In this document: one piece after another, positions 18,806 to 27,655 of the stretch
Numbering within the stretch: position 1 is the first letter of the stretch
How the letters are laid out: the number at the start of each line of letters is the position of its first letter
Source: an uncultured Clostridia bacterium
GTDB lineage: Bacteria > Bacillota > Clostridia > TANB77 > CAG-508
Assembly (NCBI GenBank): GCA_934177555.1
Contig: CAKPPL010000001.1
Location: 1-41,882 of the forward strand
Direction of reading: 5' to 3'
DNA length: 41,882 nt
Notes under the pieces: generated by a model
What the model saw: only the letters and a program-made list of their open reading frames with translations
Databases searched by the model: none
Told to the model about the DNA's origin: nothing
Made by a program: the position numbers and the translations under genes

Positions 18806-18840
18806 AAAAAAAGAGAAAGTAGACACCTACTTCCTCTTTT
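18806..18840 (-). terminator. Stem-loop between the LPXTG gene and the sortase gene (terminator/attenuator)
   Basis: On the minus strand: agaggaagtag-gtgt-ctactttctct followed by T7, then RBS AAGGAGAG of the sortase gene. Confidence 0.55.
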
Positions 18841-18847
18841 GAGGACT

Positions 18848-20362
18848 CTATATGCCTCTTAATTTATTATATTTATTATAAATTATTACAGATGTGCCTA
18901 TTAATAAGATTATTGCAAAAGCTAAACCAACACCTATTCCTGTTTGTGGTAACTTTCCTGTTGCTGTTGTATTATCTCCTTTTGAAGTACTTGGTTTAAC
19001 AGTACTATCTCCTGAATTATTATTACCATTAGATGTGTTGCTATTATTGTTGCTTCCATTACTTGTATCTGTTATATCTCCATTTGCATACACAAAATCT
19101 TCACTATTATATTGAATTGTTAATGCTGGGCAACTTAATACTGCTACATTACCAGCTGTATCTTTGATGCTTCCACCAGAAAAGTCTACTGTAGTCATAG
19201 TTCCTTTATCTGTACTTTTTACAGTATATATATATGTAATTTTATCTCCTGCAACAGTTCCTTCTGTTACTTTTATATTTTTACCATCTCCAAATTTTAT
19301 TGTTAGAGTAGGTACTTCTGTTCCTTGTATATTTTCACTAAATGTAACATTTATTACTAATTTTGCTCCTGCAGGAACAATATACATACTTCTATTTGTA
19401 TCTCTATTATACTTCATTACACTTGCATATGTAACTTGTATACTTTTAACAATAGGTGATGTAATGTCTGTACCTACATCTGCTTTATCCCAATTTGCAA
19501 TATAGTCAAAAGGAATTTTATTAGTTTCTGCATATTCTTTTGATGTCATTCCATCATTACCATAAATTGTTAGATTATCACAATCTCTAAATGCTCCTAT
19601 ACCAATACTTACAACACTATCTGGAATTAATACTTTTTTTAAGTTTTTGCAACTTCCAAAAGCACCATAACCATATAAATTTTCATATTTTCCCTCAATA
19701 GTTGTTACTGAATCTGGTAAAATAACACTTGTAAGTCCACTACATCCCTCAAAAGTAGACTCTGCTATTTTAGTAAGATTTTTTGAAAGAGTTAATGATT
19801 TTAACCCACTACATTCTCTAAATGCTGCTGTACCTATAGTTGTCACACTATCTGGAATTACTAAGCTCTTTAATCCTGTACATCCCTCAAAAGCATATTC
19901 GTCTATTGAAGTAATATGATTTGAAAAGTCTATTGATGTTACTCCAGAACATCCATAAAATGAAGATCTTCCTATTTTTGTTACACTATCTGGAAGTGTT
20001 AGACTTTTTAAACCTGTACAATTATAAAATGCATAATTTCCTATAGTTGTTATTGTATTTGGTATTGTAATATTTGTAATTCCAGCACAATCTTTAAATG
20101 CTCCTTTTATACTACTTCCCTCTAATAGTGAAATTACTGTTTTTCCATCAATAGTAGATGGTATTGTAACTGCACCTATTTTTCCTGTTGTTTTACAGTA
20201 TAATTCTATAACATTATTATTGGAATCTAATTGATAACTCCATTCTATACCTTGCTCTGTATCTGAATATGTGTATTCTGTAGCAGCATTTGAAATATTT
20301 GGTATAAAAAATAATACTATTCCAACAAATAAAATCATAATTAAATATTTCGTTTTTCTCAT
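18848..20362 (-). CDS. Cell-wall-anchored leucine-rich-repeat (BspA-type) surface protein with an Ig-like domain and LPXTG sorting signal
   Basis: Signal peptide. Repeated IP.SVT.IG..AF..C.GL.S units. C-terminal LPQTG, then a hydrophobic helix and a KLRG basic tail. Confidence 0.85.
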   Translation of the reverse strand: MRKTKYLIMILFVGIVLFFIPNISNAATEYTYSDTEQGIEWSYQLDSNNNVIELYCKTTGKIGAVTIPSTIDGKTVISLLEGSSIKGAFKDCAGITNITIPNTITTIGNYAFYNCTGLKSLTLPDSVTKIGRSSFYGCSGVTSIDFSNHITSIDEYAFEGCTGLKSLVIPDSVTTIGTAAFRECSGLKSLTLSKNLTKIAESTFEGCSGLTSVILPDSVTTIEGKYENLYGYGAFGSCKNLKKVLIPDSVVSIGIGAFRDCDNLTIYGNDGMTSKEYAETNKIPFDYIANWDKADVGTDITSPIVKSIQVTYASVMKYNRDTNRSMYIVPAGAKLVINVTFSENIQGTEVPTLTIKFGDGKNIKVTEGTVAGDKITYIYTVKSTDKGTMTTVDFSGGSIKDTAGNVAVLSCPALTIQYNSEDFVYANGDITDTSNGSNNNSNTSNGNNNSGDSTVKPSTSKGDNTTATGKLPQTGIGVGLAFAIILLIGTSVIIYNKYNKLRGI

Positions 20363-20390
20363 AATTTTTTATCCTTTCTTGTACATTAAA

Positions 20391-21824
20391 TTATTTAATA
20401 TTTGTAAATGAATTAAACATTGCTTCACCTATACTTTGACCACTAACTTTAGTATTATTAGCACCTTGTATTTTTGAATTTGAAAGATTTTTTTCATGTT
20501 TAATTAAATTATCAATCTTACTTAAATTAAATAATCTTTTCTTTGTTTCTGTTTCATGATGGTGTCTTGCATTTGAATTTCTATATCTAAAATACATTAT
20601 AAAGAAATATATAAATCCAGATAATAAGAATAACCATTCATAATCAAAATCTACAACTAAAGTAGCCAACCATCCTAATAGTTCTATAATACAAGAAACT
20701 CCAAATAATTTTGGCATATGTATTGGAACACTACCCATTGTTTCCTTTGTTCTTGCATTTACAGCAACATAATGTAATACACTATTATTTTCACCTTTTT
20801 TCTGTTGATAACTATATAACCATACTGGTAAATATGCTGTTTTCCATTGTCTACCTTTTACATCTAATTGTTCTGTTTGCCAATTAACACCACGGTCATA
20901 TTGTTTCAAAGTATCATTTGCAGCAAATCTTGCTATATCTTTACTTTGTCTATCAACTATAGGTTTTAAATCTTCAATATTTGTATCACGTCTTTCTGAA
21001 GTATATCCTTTCAAATAATTTGCATTATATTTTACACTATTTTCAATATCAAATGGCATAATAGAATTTATAATATTATTAGTCTTATTAGATTGTTTTT
21101 TTAACTTATCTGAACTTGATTCAACTGTTAGTCCTTCTATTGTTAAATCAAATTCACGTTCAACTTCATATAAATCTGCATCATAATATGTTTGACTATT
21201 ACTTCCACTTCCTCTAGTGTATCTTCTAACTTCATGTTCTCCACGTCCATAAAAATGAGCATGTGAATTAACATCAACTACCATATATGGAAAATAAACT
21301 CCCATTATATTATCTGTTGTAAATTCTTGTCTAAATTTTGGATGAGCAAAAAACTTTCTTTTTCCAACAAAATTTTCAATTTGTTTTTTTGCATCTGCTT
21401 TTGTTAGATTAAATGGTAACACTACATCAGGAATAGTACCATTTGGAATTTGTTGATTAACAGATAATGTATTTCTACACCAGTGACATCTAGCTTGTGT
21501 TGTCTCTGATGTATCTATAACAACTTCTGCTCCACAACTGCTACATCTGAAAGTCATTACACTTTGTGTATCTTCAACAATATCTTGTGTACCTGACCCC
21601 ATTATTTCACCTTCAAGTTTTGATATATCTGTTTCCATCCCCTGTATTTTCTCAGGTTCAAATTCGTGTCTACAAAAATTACATCTCAATTTACCTGTTT
21701 TAGCATTTATAGATATGTCTGTAGACCCACATTGAGGACATTTATTTTGTCCATCTTCTGAACCTATATCTGTTTTTACAATTTTGGGCTCATCATTATT
21801 ATTTAATAATTGATTATCTGCCAC
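20391..21824 (-). CDS. Double zinc-ribbon protein with C-terminal TM helices (YdjG-like)
   Basis: Two zinc-ribbon motifs: CPQCGS..x..CNFCRHEF and CSSCGA..x..CHWCRN. Two hydrophobic helices lie near the C-terminus. It sits 3 nt downstream of the SPFH gene. Confidence 0.55.
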   Translation of the reverse strand: MADNQLLNNNDEPKIVKTDIGSEDGQNKCPQCGSTDISINAKTGKLRCNFCRHEFEPEKIQGMETDISKLEGEIMGSGTQDIVEDTQSVMTFRCSSCGAEVVIDTSETTQARCHWCRNTLSVNQQIPNGTIPDVVLPFNLTKADAKKQIENFVGKRKFFAHPKFRQEFTTDNIMGVYFPYMVVDVNSHAHFYGRGEHEVRRYTRGSGSNSQTYYDADLYEVEREFDLTIEGLTVESSSDKLKKQSNKTNNIINSIMPFDIENSVKYNANYLKGYTSERRDTNIEDLKPIVDRQSKDIARFAANDTLKQYDRGVNWQTEQLDVKGRQWKTAYLPVWLYSYQQKKGENNSVLHYVAVNARTKETMGSVPIHMPKLFGVSCIIELLGWLATLVVDFDYEWLFLLSGFIYFFIMYFRYRNSNARHHHETETKKRLFNLSKIDNLIKHEKNLSNSKIQGANNTKVSGQSIGEAMFNSFTNIK

Positions 21825-21827
21825 CTT

Positions 21828-22973
21828 CTACACCCCCAAAAGTTTTTTCTTTTGTTCATCATAATCTTCTTGTGTAATAAGACCTGCATCTAGCATTTCT
21901 TTATATTTTTTTAATTTTTCTACTGGATCTTCTTGTGGTTGTTGAACAGGTTGTTGTAATCCACCCATTGCTCCACCAACTGCATTCATTCCCATTCCCA
22001 TAAAAGCCATGTTTCCGGCTCCACCGTTTTCACCAGCTGCTTGGAATCCACGAGCTACAGATTGTTGCATAAATGAATTTCCTCTTGCACCTGATAATGC
22101 ATCTGCTTTTTTTACATCACTTAATAATGTTTTTGTATCTTCATCATATTCAATAGCTTGTATTGCAACTTTAACAATTTCAAGACCTCTATCTGTTTTC
22201 CATTGATAAGCTTCTTCTACTGCTTGTGATAAAGATTTTGCAAATCCAACTTGATCTCCTTGTATTCTTGTTATACGGTTTCCTTTATCAGGATCATTTG
22301 TATAATTTGAAAATGCTGCAGATAAACTACTTACAACTTCATTAAATAATTGTGCTCCTGCATCATTATCCATATCTGCAAAATCAAATATTTCTCCATT
22401 TGATAAATAAACTGCAGGTACAAAATTTTTAATAAATAATATTGGATCAGTTATTTTTAATGTATATGTTCCTCTTGTTACAGCTCCTACTTGTGCATTT
22501 AAATATGCATCATCCCAATAAATTTCAGCTTGTGTACCAAATTTATTATTTGGTATTTCTTTTAAATTAACATAAAATGCTGTTTGTTGAGAACCTGGCT
22601 GTCCTCCAAATTTGAATCTTTCCCAACTTTGACCAATTAAAGATGATACTATTCCATCTCCTGCAAAAATTGATTTTGCATTTGGATCATCTGATGAAAA
22701 TATAAATCCTCCTGTTTCTGTAATACATCCTGTTATTGCACCTTCTTGCATTGTAATAAGAGCCATTCCTTCTGGTACAACAATTTTACTTCCATTTGAA
22801 ATAATATTGTTTGAACCTTTAGTATTTTCTCCCCTTCCTGCATTTGTGCCTTGTGGTACAGCTGGATAAATACCAGCTGTTGCTGGAACTCCTGACATTG
22901 GTACTATGAAATCTTTCCATTGATCAGCAAATGTTCCTCCTATTGCTCCTGTGAATGCTTTAATAAAGCCCAT
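21828..22973 (-). CDS. SPFH/virion-core-like protein with a C-terminal SHOCT domain (YdjI-like)
   Basis: N-terminus MGFIKAF.GAIGGTFADQWKDF is typical of the YdjI/COG4260 family. A Gly/Met-rich linker precedes a SHOCT-like tail VEKLKKYKEMLDAGLITQEDYDEQKKKLLGV. Confidence 0.6.
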   Translation of the reverse strand: MGFIKAFTGAIGGTFADQWKDFIVPMSGVPATAGIYPAVPQGTNAGRGENTKGSNNIISNGSKIVVPEGMALITMQEGAITGCITETGGFIFSSDDPNAKSIFAGDGIVSSLIGQSWERFKFGGQPGSQQTAFYVNLKEIPNNKFGTQAEIYWDDAYLNAQVGAVTRGTYTLKITDPILFIKNFVPAVYLSNGEIFDFADMDNDAGAQLFNEVVSSLSAAFSNYTNDPDKGNRITRIQGDQVGFAKSLSQAVEEAYQWKTDRGLEIVKVAIQAIEYDEDTKTLLSDVKKADALSGARGNSFMQQSVARGFQAAGENGGAGNMAFMGMGMNAVGGAMGGLQQPVQQPQEDPVEKLKKYKEMLDAGLITQEDYDEQKKKLLGV

Positions 22974-23005
22974 AATTATTCCTCCTTTTATAATAACTTA
23001 TTTTA

Positions 23006-23034
23006 TTTATATCAAACCTGTCGAAAAATGTAAA
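23006..23034 (-). promoter_or_regulatory. Candidate promoter of the SPFH/zinc-ribbon operon
   Basis: On the minus strand: TTTACA, 17 nt, TATAAA. Confidence 0.4.
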
Positions 23035-23043
23035 TAGTTTTTT

Positions 23044-23088
23044 CACATAATATTGGTAAAAATATCATTTTTTTATCAATATTATGTG
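23044..23088. promoter_or_regulatory. 12-bp perfect inverted repeat, a candidate operator in the divergent promoter region
   Basis: cacataatattg (23044-23055) and caatattatgtg (23077-23088) separated by 21 nt, directly upstream of the XRE gene. Confidence 0.4.
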
Positions 23089-23144
23089 TTGAGATAAATT
23101 ATCAAAAATTGGATAATATATGTATATATGTTGGAGGATATCAA

Positions 23145-23486
23145 ATGGATATAGATGATAGAAAAAAAGAAATTGCACAATATATTGGGAAAAAAATTTT
23201 AGAACTAAGAAAATCTAAAAAAATGTCAAGAGAACAATTTGCCGAAAAAACTAATTTATCTGCAAATTACATATATGAAGTAGAAAAAGGTAACAGTATA
23301 CCAGGTTCTATTGCATTAATCGATATATGTAATTTTTGTGAAATAGCACCTTCAAACTTACTTGGAAAATATTTAGATACAAATATTTATACAGCTGCTG
23401 AATTGATAAATACTAATTTTCAAAGATTGTCAAATTATGATAAAAAATTAATTATAGATATGATTAATCTATTAGCAAATAGATAA
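23145..23486 (+). CDS. XRE-family helix-turn-helix transcriptional regulator
   Basis: The ATG at 23145 follows GGAGGA. HTH core MSREQFAEKTNLSANYIYEVEKGNSIPGSIALIDICNFCEI. Confidence 0.75.
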   Translation: MDIDDRKKEIAQYIGKKILELRKSKKMSREQFAEKTNLSANYIYEVEKGNSIPGSIALIDICNFCEIAPSNLLGKYLDTNIYTAAELINTNFQRLSNYDKKLIIDMINLLANR

Positions 23487-23526
23487 AGACCAATACGATA
23501 AATATTTATCCTATTGGTCTTTTATT

Positions 23527-23859
23527 TTATTCTTCAACTTTTTCAATTTGTTTTTTAAATATTGATTCAGCTATACTTCCTATAACGGGAATTTCTGGGT
23601 CTGCAGAATTACAAACCTTAATAATTCCAACAATCATTGCTACAAAATATACTAAACTTAACATTTTACTAAAAAATGGTATAGAAATTGGTATAAAACT
23701 ATATGCAATTTTAATAATATAATAAGCTAAAAATATTGTTATTGATTGTGCTGCATGATATCTTGTATTTCTTTCTGTATCTTTCATTAATAATACTATT
23801 AATCCACCTATAATTCCAAATATATATGCTAAAACACCTTTTACTTTTTCATTATCCAT
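23527..23859 (-). CDS. Small membrane protein, DUF4870-like
   Basis: GVLAYIFGIIGGLIVLLMKD...RYHAAQSI motif and three predicted TM helices. Confidence 0.55.
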   Translation of the reverse strand: MDNEKVKGVLAYIFGIIGGLIVLLMKDTERNTRYHAAQSITIFLAYYIIKIAYSFIPISIPFFSKMLSLVYFVAMIVGIIKVCNSADPEIPVIGSIAESIFKKQIEKVEE

Positions 23860-23883
23860 CTAAATCCCCTCTTTCGTTTTTCA

Positions 23884-24189
23884 TTATTTTTTCTTTACTA
23901 TGAATTTATACCAAAAATATAAATATATAATAATTGTTAGTGGTAATACAAATATTACATTTTGATTATACTTGAATGCACTACTAAAATCTAAATGTAG
24001 TACTGATAAACAAGCTCTTGTCATTCCACAATTCCAACATTTTATTTCAAATATATTTTTATATAGGCATAAATTATTTAAAATTTGATTATCTTGAATT
24101 GGTATATTATATAAAATTACCAACAAGATAATATTTACTACAATAAATATAGTAATTTTATTGATTTGTAATTGGATTTCCTTGTCCAT
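23884..24189 (-). CDS. DUF2752-like membrane protein
   Basis: C.YKNIFEIKCWNCGMTRA Cys motif between TM helices. Overlaps the upstream TM2 gene by 32 nt. Confidence 0.55.
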   Translation of the reverse strand: MDKEIQLQINKITIFIVVNIILLVILYNIPIQDNQILNNLCLYKNIFEIKCWNCGMTRACLSVLHLDFSSAFKYNQNVIFVLPLTIIIYLYFWYKFIVKKK

Positions 24190-24370
24190 CTTTAAAGTTA
24201 CCTGTTAATATCATTATTAAATCAATAAGTGACCAGATTCCACAACCACCTAATGTTATAAGTTGTAATATACCTGTTCCAATTTTTCCTGCATAAAATC
24301 TGTGAACTCCTAGTCCTCCTAAAAACAAACATAATAATAATGTTGCTAACCAATCTTTTTCACTTTTCAT
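24158..24370 (-). CDS. TM2 domain-containing protein
   Basis: LCLFLGGLGVHRFYAGKIGTGILQLITLGGCGIWSLIDLIMIL is a canonical TM2 domain. RBS AGGAGGTG. Confidence 0.8.
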   Translation of the reverse strand: MKSEKDWLATLLLCLFLGGLGVHRFYAGKIGTGILQLITLGGCGIWSLIDLIMILTGNFKDGQGNPITNQ

Positions 24371-24413
24371 ACAAACACCTCCTAAATTATCTTATGTATA
24401 ATAACATACTTTC

Positions 24414-24442
24414 ATTATACATCTTTCGACAGTTTTTGTCAA
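24414..24442 (-). promoter_or_regulatory. Consensus sigma-A promoter for the TM2/DUF2752/DUF4870 operon
   Basis: On the minus strand: TTGACA, 17 nt, TATAAT. Confidence 0.6.
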
Positions 24443-24451
24443 TTTTTATAT

Positions 24452-24491
24452 TGTAACATATCTGTAACACAAATGTAATATAAATGTAATA
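24452..24491 (+). repeat. Four direct TGTAAYA repeats at an exact 11-bp period (candidate iteron/regulator array)
   Basis: tgtaaca at 24452, tgtaaca at 24463, tgtaata at 24474 and tgtaata at 24485. Confidence 0.6.
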
Positions 24492-24564
24492 CACTTTTTT
24501 GATATTATATTGTATAATATATTTGACAAAATAATTTACAAAAAGACAAAAAATGGAGGATAAA

Positions 24565-25647
24565 ATGAGCGTTGAATCTGACTTAAGGAAAGATGGTATT
24601 AGAGTTGTTGATATACTTGATACAATGTCTGTAAATAGAATAGCTCATAATATTGCTACAAAGCTTTGCAATACTTTCCCTGAACTTTGTTTTAATGAAA
24701 GTGATTTATTTGCAAAACTATCTCGATTAAGTATGTATAGAGCAAGTATGCCAGAAGGAATGGCAGAAGCTAATTATTTTTATAAAAATACTTCTATATA
24801 TTTTAATGATAAAATTGCAGTTGATGATTTAGAAGAATTTGCAATACATGAATGTATGCATTATATTCAAGAAGTTAAAGATAAAAAAAATAATCTTATT
24901 CGTATGGGGCTTTGTAATTTTAGCAATTTAAAGATTTCTGGAATGGGATTAAATGAAGCAGCTGTTCAATATATGACATCTAAAGTCATAGGAATTCAAA
25001 AAGATTATGTTAAATATTTTGGAATTTCATTTAGAACAATTAGTCCTTCATATTATCCATTAGAATGTAATTTAATTGAGCAAATGACTTATATTACAGG
25101 AGATTCTATTTTATATGATAGTACATTAACAAGTAATGATAAGTTTAGAAATAAATTTATAGAATTAACTTCAGAAAAAACATATAATGATATTGAATAT
25201 TATGTGGATCAAATACTAGATTTAGAAGAAAATATTATAAAACTTAGTAATAAATCTTCATCTTTTGATGAGAGAACTAAAAAAGTTGATAAAATTGTTT
25301 CAAAAACAGATGACTGTAAAGCTAAAGTTATGGACTATTTTATTAAAGCTCAAAATTTAATAATAAAATCTTATTTTGATAAAGATTTTAAAAATATTAC
25401 AAATCTAGAAGAACTTGACAATTATAGAAAAAAATTAGAAAATTACAAAGAATTAATTGGTCAAACTGATGGCTATACATTCTTTGATGATTATTATACA
25501 GAAAAAATGTCTGCATTAGAACATAAATCAAACGTACTTGAAAACGGAGGCATTGAAACAGCTCTTGAATATAAGAAACCAAATAAGTTTGTTTCTTGGT
25601 TTAGAGCATTAAAAAACTTGGTAACAAGAGAAAAAATACATAACTAA
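24565..25647 (+). CDS. Hypothetical protein with an HExxH zinc-metallopeptidase-like motif
   Basis: The ATG at 24565 lies 5 nt after GGAGG (the ORF also opens at 24553). Contains FAIHECMHYIQE, with a downstream LNEAAVQY as a possible third ligand. The C-terminal half is helical. Confidence 0.5.
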   Translation: MSVESDLRKDGIRVVDILDTMSVNRIAHNIATKLCNTFPELCFNESDLFAKLSRLSMYRASMPEGMAEANYFYKNTSIYFNDKIAVDDLEEFAIHECMHYIQEVKDKKNNLIRMGLCNFSNLKISGMGLNEAAVQYMTSKVIGIQKDYVKYFGISFRTISPSYYPLECNLIEQMTYITGDSILYDSTLTSNDKFRNKFIELTSEKTYNDIEYYVDQILDLEENIIKLSNKSSSFDERTKKVDKIVSKTDDCKAKVMDYFIKAQNLIIKSYFDKDFKNITNLEELDNYRKKLENYKELIGQTDGYTFFDDYYTEKMSALEHKSNVLENGGIETALEYKKPNKFVSWFRALKNLVTREKIHN

Positions 25648-25753
25648 CAAAAGAGTTTTTTATATACAAAAGAAAAACTTTACGAATGATTTTTATATAC
25701 ATATGATTATTATACAAATGAATATAATTACACTAATGATTCTACAAAAGATT

Positions 25754-25786
25754 AAAAAGCTACACTTTTAAAATGTGTAGCTTTTT
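25754..25786. terminator. Bidirectional rho-independent terminator
   Basis: aaaaagctacac - loop - gtgtagcttttt. Confidence 0.7.
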
Positions 25787-27035
25787 AATTATTCAAATAT
25801 TCCATTATTGCCTCAGCTCCATCTCTTCCAGAGCGTGCAGCCCATGCGACAGTTCCTTTGGCTCCTGCAATATCTCCACCTGCAAATATTTTAGAATTTG
25901 ATGTTCTATTTTTTTCATCAACACTTATATATCCCCATTTGTTTAAATCTATTCCCAATGTTTTAACAAACTCATCTGGCATTGAACCTAATGCCATTAT
26001 TACATAATCTATATCAATTATATAATTACTATTTTCTATGTTTACAGGTACTTTTCTTATTTCTCCTTCTTTTTGAATTAATTCTGTTTTTATTAATTCT
26101 ATTTGTTCTACTTTTTTATTTCATAGAATTTTTACAATATTATTTTGTAATAAAAATTCTATTCCTTCTTCTTTTGCTTCTTGTATCTCTTTTTTCTCAG
26201 CTGGCATTTGTTCTTCTGCTCTTCTATAAATTATTTTAACTTCTTCAGCTCCAAGTCTTTTTATCGTCCTAGCACAATCCATTGCAACATTTCCACCACC
26301 AATAATGGCAACCTTTTTATTTGTATAATTTGGATGATTTCCTTTTTCTAATAATTGATTTCCTCCAAAAACTCCTTCTAATTCTTCTCCTTGTACTTCC
26401 ATTTTTGATGTTATATTTGCTCCAAATGCTAAAAATATTGCATCATATTCTTTTTCTAATTGCTCTAATAATAAGTTTTTTCCTAATTCCATTTTATATT
26501 TTACTTCTAAGCCTAAATCTAATATTTTTTGAACAGTTTGCTTAACTATTATTTTAGGTAATCTAAACTCTGGTATTCCGTGAACTAGTAATCCACCGAG
26601 ATAATCATATTTTTCATATAAAGTAACAGAATAACCTTTTTTTAATAAAAATGCACTTGCAGTTAGCCCTGCTGGTCCACCACCAACTACTGCAATTTTT
26701 TTATTTTTGTTTTCTTCGTTTTTTGGTGCTATACTATAATTTTCTTCTATTGCTTTATCACCTATAAATGCTTCTAATTCCCCAATACTTACTGGAGTAG
26801 ATTTTATTCCTCTTACACATGAACCTTCACATTGTTTCGTATGTGGACATATTCTACCACAAACAGATTCAAGTACAGTTGTTTCTGATAATATCTCATA
26901 TGCTTTTTTATAATTTTCATCTTTTACTGCTTTTATAAATTCTGGTATATCATTTTTTAAAGGACATCCTTTATTATGACATGGTTTTACAGGACAGTTT
27001 AAACAATAATTTGCTTTTTCTTGTATTTCTTTCAT
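25785..27035 (-). pseudogene. GltD/NfnB-family NAD(P)H-dependent FAD/Fe-S oxidoreductase interrupted by a single in-frame TGA (26123..26121)
   Basis: Cys clusters CLNCPVKPC and C..C..C. Dinucleotide folds VAVVGGGPAGL and VAIIGGGNVAMD. C-terminal AGGDIAGAKGTVAWAARSGRDGA. ORFs 26121..27080 and 25785..25997 are in the same frame, and the 123 nt between them have no other stop. The likely start is the ATG at 27035 (GGTGA RBS). Confidence 0.8.
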
Positions 27036-27076
27036 TTTATTCACCATTAATATTTTATATTTTTTTATTATATAAG

Positions 27077-27643
27077 TCAATTAATCTGACCAGCATGGTT
27101 ATATTTTATAATAACTTCTTGTAAATCTTTTATAAAATCAATTTTTTTAGTTTCATCTCTTAGTAATGCTGCTGGGTGCCATGTAGGCATATATAAAATT
27201 CCCTTTTTTTCTATCCATTTTCCTCTACTTGCTGTAATTCCATATTCTTTGCCTAGTATATTTTTTAATGCTACACTACCTAGTAATACAATGATTTTAG
27301 GTTTTACTAAAATTACTTGATTTCTCAAATAATTTAGACATGCATTTTCTTCATCTTCTTCAGGATTTCTATTTGATGGTGGTCTACATTTTACTATATT
27401 AGCAATATAAACCTCTTCTCTTTTGATTCCTATAGCTTGAAATGCCATATTCATTAATTTTCCTGCTTTTCCAACGAATGGTTCTCCTTGAGCATCTTCA
27501 TCAGCTCCAGGACCTTCTCCTATAAACATTATATCTGCAGTTTTATTTCCAACTCCAAATACAACAGTATTTCTAGTTCTACACAATTTACATTTTTGAC
27601 ATACTTTTACTTCATTTTCTAATTCTTCCCAATTATCATACAT
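27077..27643 (-). CDS. udg: Family-4 uracil-DNA glycosylase
   Basis: C.KC.LC..R, FIGEGPGADED, PFVGKAGKLM, IVKCRPP.NR.P and HPAALLR motifs. ATG at 27643 (the ORF opens with GTG at 27652). TGA stop. Confidence 0.85.
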   Translation of the reverse strand: MYDNWEELENEVKVCQKCKLCRTRNTVVFGVGNKTADIMFIGEGPGADEDAQGEPFVGKAGKLMNMAFQAIGIKREEVYIANIVKCRPPSNRNPEEDEENACLNYLRNQVILVKPKIIVLLGSVALKNILGKEYGITASRGKWIEKKGILYMPTWHPAALLRDETKKIDFIKDLQEVIIKYNHAGQIN

Positions 27644-27655
27644 TACTTCCACATC

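Noticed and set aside
23018-24432. Shared 9-mer ctgtcgaaa in the 17-nt spacers of two minus-strand promoters (23018-23026 and the reverse complement of 24424-24432)
   Set aside because: The 9-mer occurs in opposite orientation relative to the two promoters, and there are only two instances. I cannot separate this from chance without a genome-wide motif count.
26121-26123. TGA reassignment (genetic code 4 or 25) suggested by the in-frame TGA at a probable Gly position
   Set aside because: TGA ends spoIIE (31728), udg (27077), radC (40433) and rluD (1557). At least the spoIIE and radC stops fall at family-typical C-termini. Most other genes end in TAA or TAG, as expected for an AT-rich code-11 genome.
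26121-26123. Selenocysteine codon in the oxidoreductase
   Set aside because: The TGA is not in a redox CxxU/UxxC context. The aligned family position is not Cys. The only downstream hairpin is AT-rich and arises from a repeated IELIKTELI peptide, which is not SECIS-like.
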